IMG/VR virus record: IMGVR_UViG_3300049830_000314
Direction: 5' to 3' (one strand)
DNA from: a virus
Lineage: Duplodnaviria; Heunggongvirae; Uroviricota; Caudoviricetes
Length of the DNA stretch: 64,000 nucleotides
Positions 47,615-56,581 of this stretch are shown one piece after another. Made by a program: the position numbers and the translations under genes. Under the pieces are notes generated by a model. It was not told the DNA's origin and did not search any database. It saw only the letters and a list, made by a program, of their open reading frames with translations. Position 1 is the first letter of the stretch. Every line of letters starts with the position of its first letter.

Positions 47615-48259
47615 TCACTCTTCGTCATATTTCATGCCCTCAATAATCTGCGATTTAATTTGTTCGGCAATCAGTGAATGCTCTTCGTAATTTGTGGTTT
47701 GACATCCACGATACACGTCTCCAATCCAAATGTCTCTGCGAGTATTTTGAAGAAATGCCAAAACATATAGCAATTCTGTAAACCATGAAGATATTTGAAT
47801 GTCGTCTGGGTCTTCAGCCTCTCTGCCACTGAATAGATTGTCGGGAAATTTACTTATGACTGAATCTCGGTTGAGCCATATGCATGTTTTGAAACAAGAA
47901 ATATAATGTTTATATTCCCACCCAGCATATTCATCTGGTGAATTTATTTGGCCATCAACATATGAAACAATAGCATTCCACGCATCACCTTTTGCAAAAA
48001 AATACTGATAACCTTCTAAATCCTCTGGTAGCTCAAATCCATCACCGATGCTCTGATAAACTTCAAGGCTGCCATAATCATCATAATCACCAGCAAAAAT
48101 GTTTCTAAAACACTTCACCATTGTATCTGGGTCAGTTACCATGCGCCGAAGTGAATAATCATCGTTGGAAAATGGCTTAAACACCACCATTTTAACGTCT
48201 TTTTCACTCGAACGAATTGGTAGATTTGTTATTACACAAGTTTCGTTCCAACTTCCCAT
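47615..48259 (-). CDS. Hypothetical protein (start revised to MGSWN)
   Basis: TAATG coupling with argS stop. Confidence 0.7.
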   Translation of the reverse strand: MGSWNETCVITNLPIRSSEKDVKMVVFKPFSNDDYSLRRMVTDPDTMVKCFRNIFAGDYDDYGSLEVYQSIGDGFELPEDLEGYQYFFAKGDAWNAIVSYVDGQINSPDEYAGWEYKHYISCFKTCIWLNRDSVISKFPDNLFSGREAEDPDDIQISSWFTELLYVLAFLQNTRRDIWIGDVYRGCQTTNYEEHSLIAEQIKSQIIEGMKYDEE

Positions 48260-49932
48260 TATGCTTCTTTCCTCATGACCTTTGGCGCAGAAATACCAAG
48301 TAGCTCCAAGCCACTTCGCAGTGTTTTGATACTCGCTTCCATCAAATAGAGCCCAGCCAGCCATTTTTCCAAAGGTTGGTCAATAATCTTTTCTTGCTCG
48401 TAAAACGAATGAATAATCTGTGCCAGTTCATACAAATATATTTTCAAAGGCTGAACGCTAGATGTTGACGCCGACCTTTGAACGATTCGATTATATCCGT
48501 CCAGTTTTAGCATCAATTCATAAGCAATCACAGAATTGTTCAAATCAAGATTAACAAACGTTTGAGTAGCATCTACACCAGCATCGTAAGACTTTTGGAC
48601 AATGCTGCACAACCGAGCGTGTGCATACTGAACATAGAACACTGGATTGCTCATGTTTTGTTCTGTCGCTTTTTTGACATTAATTGTAATAGCGCTTTGA
48701 GGGTCGCCAGACAAGAAATACCACCTTGCCGCGTCAACACCCACTTTGTCCATGAAATCGTCTTTAAGCAGCAAATATTGCCCTTCTCGCTTACTTCCCA
48801 TGAAGACAACAGTCTCGCCATTCTCTTCAATCTCCAAACTCACCATTTGAGTCAGAATGGTTTCGATATCTTTTTGCCCCCACATTCGCATTACAGCATT
48901 GAGACGAGATAAATAGCCATGGTGGTCAGCACCAAGAATGTTAATCAATCGCTCTCCATCTGGTAGCTTGAGTAACTTGTCGGCGTGATAGATGATGTCG
49001 TTGTGAAAATAAGTATTTCGCCCATCTTCTCGCGTAATCACCCTGTCTTTATCGTCACCGTATTCTGATGTTTTTAGCCATATTGCTCCATCAAGCTCAT
49101 AAGTGTAATCTTCGAGCTTTTTGCCGAAGTATGTGAAGGCTTCATTGATAGTTATTTTTTTTATAACCTTGCTTTCTCGCGTAACATCTGAGTAATGAAT
49201 GCCCAAATCTTCTAAGTCATTTATTTGCTTGTTTGCCAAACGCCCGACACCATAGTGCAGTATCTTCTGCGGCAAACCGCCATGTTTCTTCATCTTGTCG
49301 TAATATTCCCACGCTTGTTTGATAAAGTCGCCTTTGTATCCATCTTCTGGAAATTCGCTTGATTCTCCAGCTTTCAGCTTGTCATAATGGTCAAATGTGT
49401 TCTTGAGCGCGATGATTTGCCCGGAGTCTGGATTATCATTGATGTAATAATGAGTATAAACACACGCACCACTAATTGTAAAAATTTGTGCCAGCGTATC
49501 ACCAAGAACTCCAGCTCTCCCGTTGACAACACTTAGCGGGCCAGTAGGATTGGCGCTAACAAATTCTAATGCAATAGATTGATTAGTTAATGCAAGATTC
49601 CTGGAGATATCTCCAACATGCATAAGAGTCCAAAGAGACTGAGAAACAGCAGACTGAGAAACAATAATATTAAGATGTCCGTTTTTTTCGCAATAGGAAT
49701 CCGCATAGATATTAAAACTACTAAGATTTTCTTGCAACTCCTTGGTTATTTTCAAAACAACATCTGTTGGTGATTCACCCACTAGCTTTCCAAGCTGGAA
49801 GGCAAAATTTGAAGTAAGATGCCCCATGCCCTTGCGCGTAGGAGGTTGTACAATGATTGATAAATCAAGCTGAGAGCCGTACACATTTTTGACAGCCTGT
49901 GTCAAAAGGTCTTCAAATATTTTTGAAAGCAT
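48259..49932 (-). CDS. argS: Arginine--tRNA ligase
   Basis: GHLTSNFAF, LEFVSANPTGPL, YYIND, DKDRVI, GADHHGY, YVQYAHARL, LGISAP..M. Confidence 0.92.
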   Translation of the reverse strand: MLSKIFEDLLTQAVKNVYGSQLDLSIIVQPPTRKGMGHLTSNFAFQLGKLVGESPTDVVLKITKELQENLSSFNIYADSYCEKNGHLNIIVSQSAVSQSLWTLMHVGDISRNLALTNQSIALEFVSANPTGPLSVVNGRAGVLGDTLAQIFTISGACVYTHYYINDNPDSGQIIALKNTFDHYDKLKAGESSEFPEDGYKGDFIKQAWEYYDKMKKHGGLPQKILHYGVGRLANKQINDLEDLGIHYSDVTRESKVIKKITINEAFTYFGKKLEDYTYELDGAIWLKTSEYGDDKDRVITREDGRNTYFHNDIIYHADKLLKLPDGERLINILGADHHGYLSRLNAVMRMWGQKDIETILTQMVSLEIEENGETVVFMGSKREGQYLLLKDDFMDKVGVDAARWYFLSGDPQSAITINVKKATEQNMSNPVFYVQYAHARLCSIVQKSYDAGVDATQTFVNLDLNNSVIAYELMLKLDGYNRIVQRSASTSSVQPLKIYLYELAQIIHSFYEQEKIIDQPLEKWLAGLYLMEASIKTLRSGLELLGISAPKVMRKEA

Positions 49933-49967
49933 ATAATCTTATTTCCCGCGAAGTTTTTTTGAGGAAA

Positions 49968-50102
49968 TTAACTCTTTGACTTCCAAATTCCGATATCCTT
50001 AAGAAAATCTTTGATGGTGTCGCCAAAGGCACCCCATAGGATAGCAAGAAAAAAGAGTGAAAATATAATTTCAGTAGCGGCGTTGAAAAAGTTATTAAAC
50101 AT
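49968..50102 (-). CDS. Small membrane protein (44 aa)
   Basis: Manual: MFNNFFNAATEIIFSLFFLAILWGAF...; overlaps upstream stop. Confidence 0.5.
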   Translation of the reverse strand: MFNNFFNAATEIIFSLFFLAILWGAFGDTIKDFLKDIGIWKSKS

Positions 50103-51114
50103 TGATTGTTTCCTCGATTTGATAGTTTACCACATCTGAGGGCAAAATATAATCGGGGATTCGATGCTTAATCACAGAGTGCCCATATCGAAGCCTTTCT
50201 GTAAATGTATGTGGGGTTGGGCGTTCTTTACAATTCTCAAAACTCCAAGGCATAAATAACGTGACGTGATTCATACGGTCGCTGAGCTTTGGGAATACAA
50301 TATAGTATCCACTCTCAATTAACTTACCGCTTTTGTCAATACCAAAGCGCAAAGATGGTCGCACTGGTAAATGGTCATGTGGTGGAGCTTCATATGGTGC
50401 TGTCAGGGGCAATACCTTGGGTTCTAATAAAAAGTCTGGTATCAACTCTTCGTCTAAGCTCAATAATTGATTCCGTATTAAAGCTGCACGCGGGTCTTCT
50501 AGCACCCAACCATAACCGAAGTGGTGAAACATAAACAAATATAAACTATGCCACCAATTAAGATTCGCATGGCGCATTTTTCGGTCATATAGATATGATT
50601 TCCAAAGTGTAAAATCATCTGGATTACCGTCTTCATCCCTGGTTACGAAATCATCACACTGCCCTATAATTAAATCTTGCGAAATATCTTGAGGAATATC
50701 AGTGGAGCGAAATTTTGGAACTGGCTCACCCTTATCATTCCAACCTATTTCAGTAAAGACACTAAATTGTCCGCCGTCTACGTCGAACTTAGTTCGCGCC
50801 AAATATGAACGATGCTGCCATTTAGCTAATCTGAGATTATGACGTAAAATCCTCTCGGAAGACGCCAGTGTTGAACCAAACTTACCGTCACATTTAATGC
50901 AACATAAAGTATATCCAGCATTTAAGAAACTCTTGGGAACAACATGTGCCACAATAATGGCATTACTTCCGGGTCTGGAAATAAGATATTCGGGCGGAAA
51001 CAGTTCTAAACAAACAGGGCATTTAAAAAGTCCAGTATTTTCTGGCTCGTGTAGTGCTAGATTTGAAGAAAACTCTTCAAAAAGCTTTACTCGCGCTTCA
51101 TGCCAACGCGCCAT
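50095..51114 (-). CDS. Hypothetical protein with N-terminal HNH-like Zn motif
   Basis: CPVC...AHVVPKS...TLCCIKCDGKFG. Confidence 0.65.
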   Translation of the reverse strand: MARWHEARVKLFEEFSSNLALHEPENTGLFKCPVCLELFPPEYLISRPGSNAIIVAHVVPKSFLNAGYTLCCIKCDGKFGSTLASSERILRHNLRLAKWQHRSYLARTKFDVDGGQFSVFTEIGWNDKGEPVPKFRSTDIPQDISQDLIIGQCDDFVTRDEDGNPDDFTLWKSYLYDRKMRHANLNWWHSLYLFMFHHFGYGWVLEDPRAALIRNQLLSLDEELIPDFLLEPKVLPLTAPYEAPPHDHLPVRPSLRFGIDKSGKLIESGYYIVFPKLSDRMNHVTLFMPWSFENCKERPTPHTFTERLRYGHSVIKHRIPDYILPSDVVNYQIEETINV

Positions 51115-51302
51115 TTATCGAACTCCTAACATCTATTTCTTGCGAGTAAGTCGCCCTTTAATCCAGAGTTTTACAGAATCTTTATCTGGATGCTGCATCC
51201 AAGCTTCTGCGCAGAAATATACTCCAATCGCAAAAAGAGGAGCATATGTCTCAAATGTAAGAGAATCAAACATGTTAATTGTTATATACAAGATTTCACG
51301 TC

Positions 51303-52514
51303 TTAATGACTCTTAGCATTAATTCTATTGATAGTTTGTCGAAGATATGTTAAATATGCTTCGTCGTCGCACATTTCCTTCCCGGCTGAATCACTAATCT
51401 TTGCGACAGGTTGTCCAGCACATTCCACCATCTTAATAACGATGGACAATGGCTTTACATCGTCTCCCATGTCGTTGGTGAGGTTGGTGCCGATACCGAA
51501 GAACATCTTAAACAGCTTGCAGAACTCAACGTAGAGGTCGAAAGATTGTGGTAAGTCAAGTCCGTCGCTGAAAACAGCAGTCTTCGAGCGTGAATCAATC
51601 CACATTTCATCATAGTGCTTAACGAGCTTATATCCCCAATTTCTTGGGTCGCCGCTGTCTTGACGTGCGCCGTCATAAGCTTTCGCCAAGAGCATGTCAA
51701 AGTCTGCGAGGAAGGCATCAAAACCGATTACATCAGAAAGAGCAATACCGAGACAGCCACGAAATTCGTGCATCCAAACTTCAAGAGCCCGCTTTTGAAA
51801 ATCCTTCAATGGAGCTAAAGCCTGGTGCGCTTGAAGCCATTCGTGAGCCATAGTTCCGATTGCCTTCAATTTAAGCAATCGAGCCAAGTATACATTGCTG
51901 GTACCGATGAAATTATTTGGCATTTCCTTAGCCAAACGACTTACAACAGTTTCTTGCCAAGCACCGGAGTATCGTCTTCGAGTGCCCATTTCGGTTAGCT
52001 GGTACGGTGAACAAGCGCCTGTAGCATCATGATTCGCAATAGCTCCGTTAATATATTCAAGCTTATTGGTGAGAAGCTGATTGGCAGTTGCTTCACGTTC
52101 CGCTGTGAAAGGGAACATGTTGCGCATGTAAACTTCTTCAACGATGGCGAGTGCAGGAACCTCAAATAAAATCGTATCGCGCCAATAACCGTCAATGTCC
52201 ATACCGAGCTGATTATCAAGCTCCAAAAGCTTAACACAAGCTGGGTTAAAGCGATATGACCGCAGCGAATCGAGATAACTTGCCTTTGACCATGGCTGAG
52301 CCTCAAGATAGGTCAAATCTTCGTCTGTGAAAATCACGCCTTCAAGTGCATCAATTTCCGCTTGAATTTCCTTTAGAAATGGACGCAAATCAATTCCCTT
52401 ACTTCGGCATCGAAAACGATATTTTACTGGAACATCGGGGTAGTTATGAAACACAGCCTGCTGTTGCGTAAATTTGTACAAATCCGAGTCTAGTGCCGAC
52501 TTAATAATAGCCAT
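51303..52514 (-). CDS. pncB: Nicotinate phosphoribosyltransferase
   Basis: LDSDLYKF, EMGTRRR, GTSNV, GTMAHEW, RQDSGD, FSDGL, GIGTNL, KISD. Confidence 0.95.
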   Translation of the reverse strand: MAIIKSALDSDLYKFTQQQAVFHNYPDVPVKYRFRCRSKGIDLRPFLKEIQAEIDALEGVIFTDEDLTYLEAQPWSKASYLDSLRSYRFNPACVKLLELDNQLGMDIDGYWRDTILFEVPALAIVEEVYMRNMFPFTAEREATANQLLTNKLEYINGAIANHDATGACSPYQLTEMGTRRRYSGAWQETVVSRLAKEMPNNFIGTSNVYLARLLKLKAIGTMAHEWLQAHQALAPLKDFQKRALEVWMHEFRGCLGIALSDVIGFDAFLADFDMLLAKAYDGARQDSGDPRNWGYKLVKHYDEMWIDSRSKTAVFSDGLDLPQSFDLYVEFCKLFKMFFGIGTNLTNDMGDDVKPLSIVIKMVECAGQPVAKISDSAGKEMCDDEAYLTYLRQTINRINAKSH

Positions 52515-52532
52515 GTATGTTTACATCATACC

Positions 52533-53222
52533 TTATTTTATTTGAGGAATTCTTAAACAAGTCCACCCTTTATGTTGAGGTCGCTGTCCGTTCGCAACCT
52601 TAATCATATTTGGATGAGTCAATTCTTGTTCTTCGCAGAATTTTTTTAATCCCTCTGTAGTTATATATTCTTTTCCATCAGGGCTTGTGCAAACATATTG
52701 TTTAATATTAATCTTTCCCTTGCTAGTTTTGGATGCTTTTGAGCTGGATTCTTTTAATTGCTCCGGTGTGCGCTTCCAGGCTTTTCGGAGTGATTCTTTA
52801 TGTGAATCACTTTTTGGCACACCAATATGAGCTTGTGAAAGTTTTCGCTTAGTTTCTTCGGTGTGAGCCAATGTACCATTTTTTCTTCTGGTTTCTACGC
52901 CCTTTTTGGCAGTCTCCGATGAACAACCGTTTTCTCCACCATCAGTAACATTAACCATCCGCAGCCCCATATCTCTGAAATGCTTAATATAGAAGCGCTC
53001 GCGTTCTTCCCACGTCAAAATATCGCAAATTTCTAATATTTGAAATTCCAAAACCCATCCCCGAGATTGAAGTTTTCTAATTTTATTATAGAGCGGGGAC
53101 ACAAATCCAGTGTTTGCTTTACCTTTATGCCCTCTTTTTCTTTGTTTTAAACAATGCGTTTTTCCAACATAGAATGGCGTGCCGCTTAAATCAAGCAAAG
53201 CATAAATATAAATAGTATCCAT
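52533..53222 (-). CDS. GIY-YIG homing endonuclease with NUMOD3 repeats (start revised to MDTIYIY)
   Basis: YIYAL...FYVGKT...R; ERERFYI; NVTDGG; HTEETKRKLSQAH. Confidence 0.88.
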   Translation of the reverse strand: MDTIYIYALLDLSGTPFYVGKTHCLKQRKRGHKGKANTGFVSPLYNKIRKLQSRGWVLEFQILEICDILTWEERERFYIKHFRDMGLRMVNVTDGGENGCSSETAKKGVETRRKNGTLAHTEETKRKLSQAHIGVPKSDSHKESLRKAWKRTPEQLKESSSKASKTSKGKINIKQYVCTSPDGKEYITTEGLKKFCEEQELTHPNMIKVANGQRPQHKGWTCLRIPQIK

Positions 53223-53283
53223 AGATACATATTTATACAGTGCTGCCATCCGCACCTTTGCGATTTATATAAATATGTATCTA
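53222..53283 (-). promoter_or_regulatory. 16-bp inverted repeat covering the GIY-YIG start, with embedded TATAAATA
   Basis: TAGATACATATTTATA-30 nt-TATAAATATGTATCTA(TG). Confidence 0.65.
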
Positions 53284-53287
53284 CAAA

Positions 53288-53593
53288 TTATACTGTCCAA
53301 AATGGAGGATGATTTTCATAAAAATTTTGAAGAGCCTCTTCTGACTTGGAATAAATACCGTCAGCATATGAACCAAAAACTGGTTCATATCCCTCTTTAT
53401 GCGCATAAAATCCTTCAAATCCACTGCCGTCAAGACTTTGAAAGAAAGAATCACTCAACACTTTCCAGCCAGAGCGAAGCAAATGGTCACTGCCACAGAA
53501 ACCATCTTCAAAATCTCTTGAGTCCATAGACGCTGCTATACCGTGAATTGGCATAGCTTTAATACAAAACAACTCTGATTGTTCGATTGTCAT
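53288..53593 (-). CDS. Hypothetical protein
   Basis: ORF track. Confidence 0.6.
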   Translation of the reverse strand: MTIEQSELFCIKAMPIHGIAASMDSRDFEDGFCGSDHLLRSGWKVLSDSFFQSLDGSGFEGFYAHKEGYEPVFGSYADGIYSKSEEALQNFYENHPPFWTV

Positions 53594-53616
53594 ATGTTAA
53601 CCTTTTACATGATACC

Positions 53617-54228
53617 TTATTTTGGCGGACAAATATCACGACAATAATTATGTTCTTTGCGAACGCCTTTTGTATATAGAATTTTATTATCCTTCACCCA
53701 ATCTTGAAATACCCATTCATGTGTAAGGCTGCAAAAAATAGGCGACATGCAAACACCAATGCCAACCAAATTCATATCATTTATTTGTTCTGAGTTAATT
53801 GCAGATGCAGAAAATAGCGTTTTGACTTTTTTCCAATCTGTTTTTTTGTTTTGCCTGGGAGTAAAAAAATATCCACATTCTCCCGCCCATGGGTCGCGCT
53901 CATTTCTAAGCCAAAAATACTCTCCTTCTTTGCGCCATTTTACATATGAAATCCACGTACCGATATTTCGTTCATCAACATCTTTATCAGCTAAATCTGA
54001 GTGAGCGTCCAAGTTAATCAAACGCCGTGCTTGACTCGAATCAACATGCTTTAGCATTTGATTGTGATTCATCATTGCATGAATTGGCACGTTTTTTGTC
54101 GTAGCAAAATCTCTAATCAAATTAAGAAATGCCAACACTTCTTCATCGCTAGCGTAATATGGTGGCGCAAAGAAGTCAATATCCACCGACAGATATGTTG
54201 GCACTTGGTCTTTGGGTAATATTAACAT
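53617..54228 (-). CDS. UPF0489/arginase-deacetylase-fold protein (start revised)
   Basis: LSVDIDFF, NHNQM, INLDAHSDL. Confidence 0.6.
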   Translation of the reverse strand: MLILPKDQVPTYLSVDIDFFAPPYYASDEEVLAFLNLIRDFATTKNVPIHAMMNHNQMLKHVDSSQARRLINLDAHSDLADKDVDERNIGTWISYVKWRKEGEYFWLRNERDPWAGECGYFFTPRQNKKTDWKKVKTLFSASAINSEQINDMNLVGIGVCMSPIFCSLTHEWVFQDWVKDNKILYTKGVRKEHNYCRDICPPK

Positions 54229-54268
54229 TTTTTGGATTATGCCAAGGCTGCGACAGTTTGAGGAAAAA

Positions 54269-54499
54269 CTAGTCAATGAGTTTTTTCCAATTATCTGAAC
54301 CAGGGAGCTGATTACAAGGAACTTCCTTTCCATCAATCGTCACTTTGTTGATTTGCGGAGAACTTCCATCACCATCGCACCAATATTTCAATACGCGACT
54401 TGCCCCAGCACTACCGCAATACTTAATTGCTCTGAGGAGTTCACATAAACCATTATTGGAATATTCATCAACTTCGAATTCAACTGTTATTTTTGCCAT
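54269..54499 (-). CDS. Hypothetical protein, apparent paralog of 22188-22517
   Basis: IKYCGSAGASRVLKYWCDGDG...VTIDG. Confidence 0.65.
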   Translation of the reverse strand: MAKITVEFEVDEYSNNGLCELLRAIKYCGSAGASRVLKYWCDGDGSSPQINKVTIDGKEVPCNQLPGSDNWKKLID

Positions 54500-54758
54500 T
54501 TTTTACCTTGTTTAAAAGCAGCATTGTTCCAAAACTACTTAATATTGAAATACCCATCATGCTGAAAAGATTGTATGATTCAAATAGCTGAATACCCAAG
54601 CGATGCAATGAATATCCACCCACAATCATCATGAAAAACATGAAACCATAAATGGATAACATCTGTAATATTGGAGTTTTCAGCAACAATGAACACCAAA
54701 CAATAAATGATGAAATAACACCAAGCGCGATACTAGCTAATATCATTGTGATGAGCAT
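54480..54758 (-). CDS. Three-TM membrane protein
   Basis: Three hydrophobic helices. Confidence 0.7.
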   Translation of the reverse strand: MLITMILASIALGVISSFIVWCSLLLKTPILQMLSIYGFMFFMMIVGGYSLHRLGIQLFESYNLFSMMGISILSSFGTMLLLNKVKNGKNNS

Positions 54759-54772
54759 AATGTAAGTATACC

Positions 54773-55564
54773 TTAAACGACAATATCCTTTCCATCTCGA
54801 TTAATCACCAATATGCAGCCACGCTCTTCATCGTTGCGATAGCCCTTGCTCATCACAGCATCAATATTAATCACCATATCGTCCAAATAGCGCTTTGGAG
54901 TATTGCCAGGAAAGCCAGTGTGACCGTGAACAACAAGTTTCGCGCCAAATGATTCCAGGTAATCAGGCATTAATTCACCACTATGATTCCAACGTCGCTC
55001 CATAGTGAGTCTATCAAATAGATTCCAAGCACCCCAAGATGATTCAGCACGCTCTAAACAATCTTGATTAGCTCTCTTGATTTTTTCTTCTGGTGTGCCC
55101 TTTCCAGAAACCTGATTGTACAAATCAAATCCATCAGCATGTTGGAACAAGATGTCTCCTACTCGGCACATAAGAGGAAACGATTGCACAAAGTGACGCA
55201 AGTCATGTAAACGAGATAACGAAACAGCCTCGTGCATTTTTCCACCATTACCTTTAAACACATATGTGTGTTTATAGTCGTAGTCGTTATCTAAATTATG
55301 CAAAGCGATACATAAAATAAGTGCATCGTGATTCCCCATTAAATGAATCACTCTACCGCCTTTTTCAAGAGCTTGTTTTGTCAAATTAAATAACAGACGC
55401 AAGACTTTAATTCCATCTTTGCCTCTGTCCGTGCTATCACCAGCAACGACTAATGTGCTATCACCAGCAATCCATTGGTCATCTTCATTGATGATATTAT
55501 ATTGACGAAGCAATTTTGTTGCCTGTTTATAATCACCGTGAATGTCACTGATTGCGTAAATCAT
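54773..55564 (-). CDS. Metallophosphoesterase, Shewanella-like (Shelph) PPP type
   Basis: ISDIHGD, GDSTDRG, LMGNHD, FQHA, VHGHT. Confidence 0.88.
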   Translation of the reverse strand: MIYAISDIHGDYKQATKLLRQYNIINEDDQWIAGDSTLVVAGDSTDRGKDGIKVLRLLFNLTKQALEKGGRVIHLMGNHDALILCIALHNLDNDYDYKHTYVFKGNGGKMHEAVSLSRLHDLRHFVQSFPLMCRVGDILFQHADGFDLYNQVSGKGTPEEKIKRANQDCLERAESSWGAWNLFDRLTMERRWNHSGELMPDYLESFGAKLVVHGHTGFPGNTPKRYLDDMVINIDAVMSKGYRNDEERGCILVINRDGKDIVV

Positions 55565-55582
55565 AATGACATTGTACCACAA

Positions 55583-56026
55583 TCATTTGTGGAACAATGC
55601 TTTAATTTCTAATAGCCGTCTTCGAGCTTTGTGATATTTCTTCATTCGGTTGAAGTCTTTTTGCTCTAAGGTGACGATTCTTGAAACCTGCATATTGTCC
55701 TCAATATCATCCAATTTACCTTCGAGTGAAATTAAATGCGAACCACAACGCTCAATGAAATCATCATAATGTTCATCGTCGCGTCTTGATAAATTGTCAA
55801 TGCATTGAACGACTGTTTCGTTAAATCCTTCTTCACGCAAACGTTCTAAAGTCCAGTCTTCACTATCTTCAACAACATCGTGAAGAACGCGAACAATTCT
55901 TTCTTCATCTGTGGAACCTTTCAACATGATGCGAAGGGGGTGTAAAATGTAGGGTTTTCCGCCTTTATCTAAAACACCAGCATGTGCTTCAACGGCGATT
56001 TGTATTGCTCTTTCGAGAGTAGCCAT
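55583..56026 (-). CDS. Small HD-domain hydrolase, SpoT/Mesh1 (small alarmone hydrolase)-like
   Basis: AHAGVLDKGGKPYILHP, LHDVVED, KLDDIEDN. Confidence 0.8.
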   Translation of the reverse strand: MATLERAIQIAVEAHAGVLDKGGKPYILHPLRIMLKGSTDEERIVRVLHDVVEDSEDWTLERLREEGFNETVVQCIDNLSRRDDEHYDDFIERCGSHLISLEGKLDDIEDNMQVSRIVTLEQKDFNRMKKYHKARRRLLEIKALFHK

Positions 56027-56060
56027 AGATTAGTATAGCACGAAATTACATAATGAGGAA

Positions 56061-56096
56061 AAAAAGATAGGACAACTTATGTTGTCCTATCTTTTT
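56061..56096. terminator. Bidirectional intrinsic terminator
   Basis: AAAAAGATAGGACAAC-ttat-GTTGTCCTATCTTTTT. Confidence 0.85.
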
Positions 56097-56122
56097 GCTA
56101 TGCAAACATACAGAGATTTCGA

Positions 56123-56581
56123 TTAACCCAAAGGAATCGAAATACCAAAACCAAACACGAAGCTGTTCTTGCCGCTTTGGAACTTGAATCCGTCAGCAAC
56201 ATTGAAGCCCTTTGGCCCTGCGAACAAGTCGAGTCGGAATCCACTTGCAGCATTGAAAAGGTTGTAGCCCAACCCAGTGGTGAGATAAGCCTTATGGCTT
56301 GTATCGGCAGGGTCTGCTGCCCCAAGAGCTTGAAGTCGGAGGCGACCATTGAAACCCTTGATTGGAGAAATTGTATAGCTGATAGCTGACAAATTACTCT
56401 GACCGTCGTTGAGATAAAGGAAGTTTACTCCCTTTTCATCCATCGAAAACGAACTTGACTGTGCTGAAACCTGACCAGGCTTCGCCTTTGGTGTACCAGC
56501 ATCAATCGGAAGCTTGTTATTCTGTCCAAAAGAAAGTGCGGTCACAATAACGAGACCGAGTGTAAGGAGAATTTTTTTCAT
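56123..56581 (-). CDS. Secreted, putative outer-membrane beta-strand protein (start revised to MKKILL)
   Basis: Signal peptide MKKILLTLGLVIVTALSFG|Q; amphipathic strands ending FVFGFGISIPLG. Confidence 0.7.
   Translation of the reverse strand: MKKILLTLGLVIVTALSFGQNNKLPIDAGTPKAKPGQVSAQSSSFSMDEKGVNFLYLNDGQSNLSAISYTISPIKGFNGRLRLQALGAADPADTSHKAYLTTGLGYNLFNAASGFRLDLFAGPKGFNVADGFKFQSGKNSFVFGFGISIPLG

Noticed and set aside
47615-48364. 249-aa version of the gene overlapping argS by about 100 nt
   Set aside because: An internal ATG coupled to the argS stop (TAATG) is the more plausible start.
50897-51316. 139-aa plus-strand ORF
   Set aside because: Antisense to minus-strand genes, with no motif or SD support.
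52515-53283. Group I intron carrying the GIY-YIG gene within pncB
   Set aside because: pncB is complete from its own ATG and promoter, and no intron core elements were seen; treated as free-standing.
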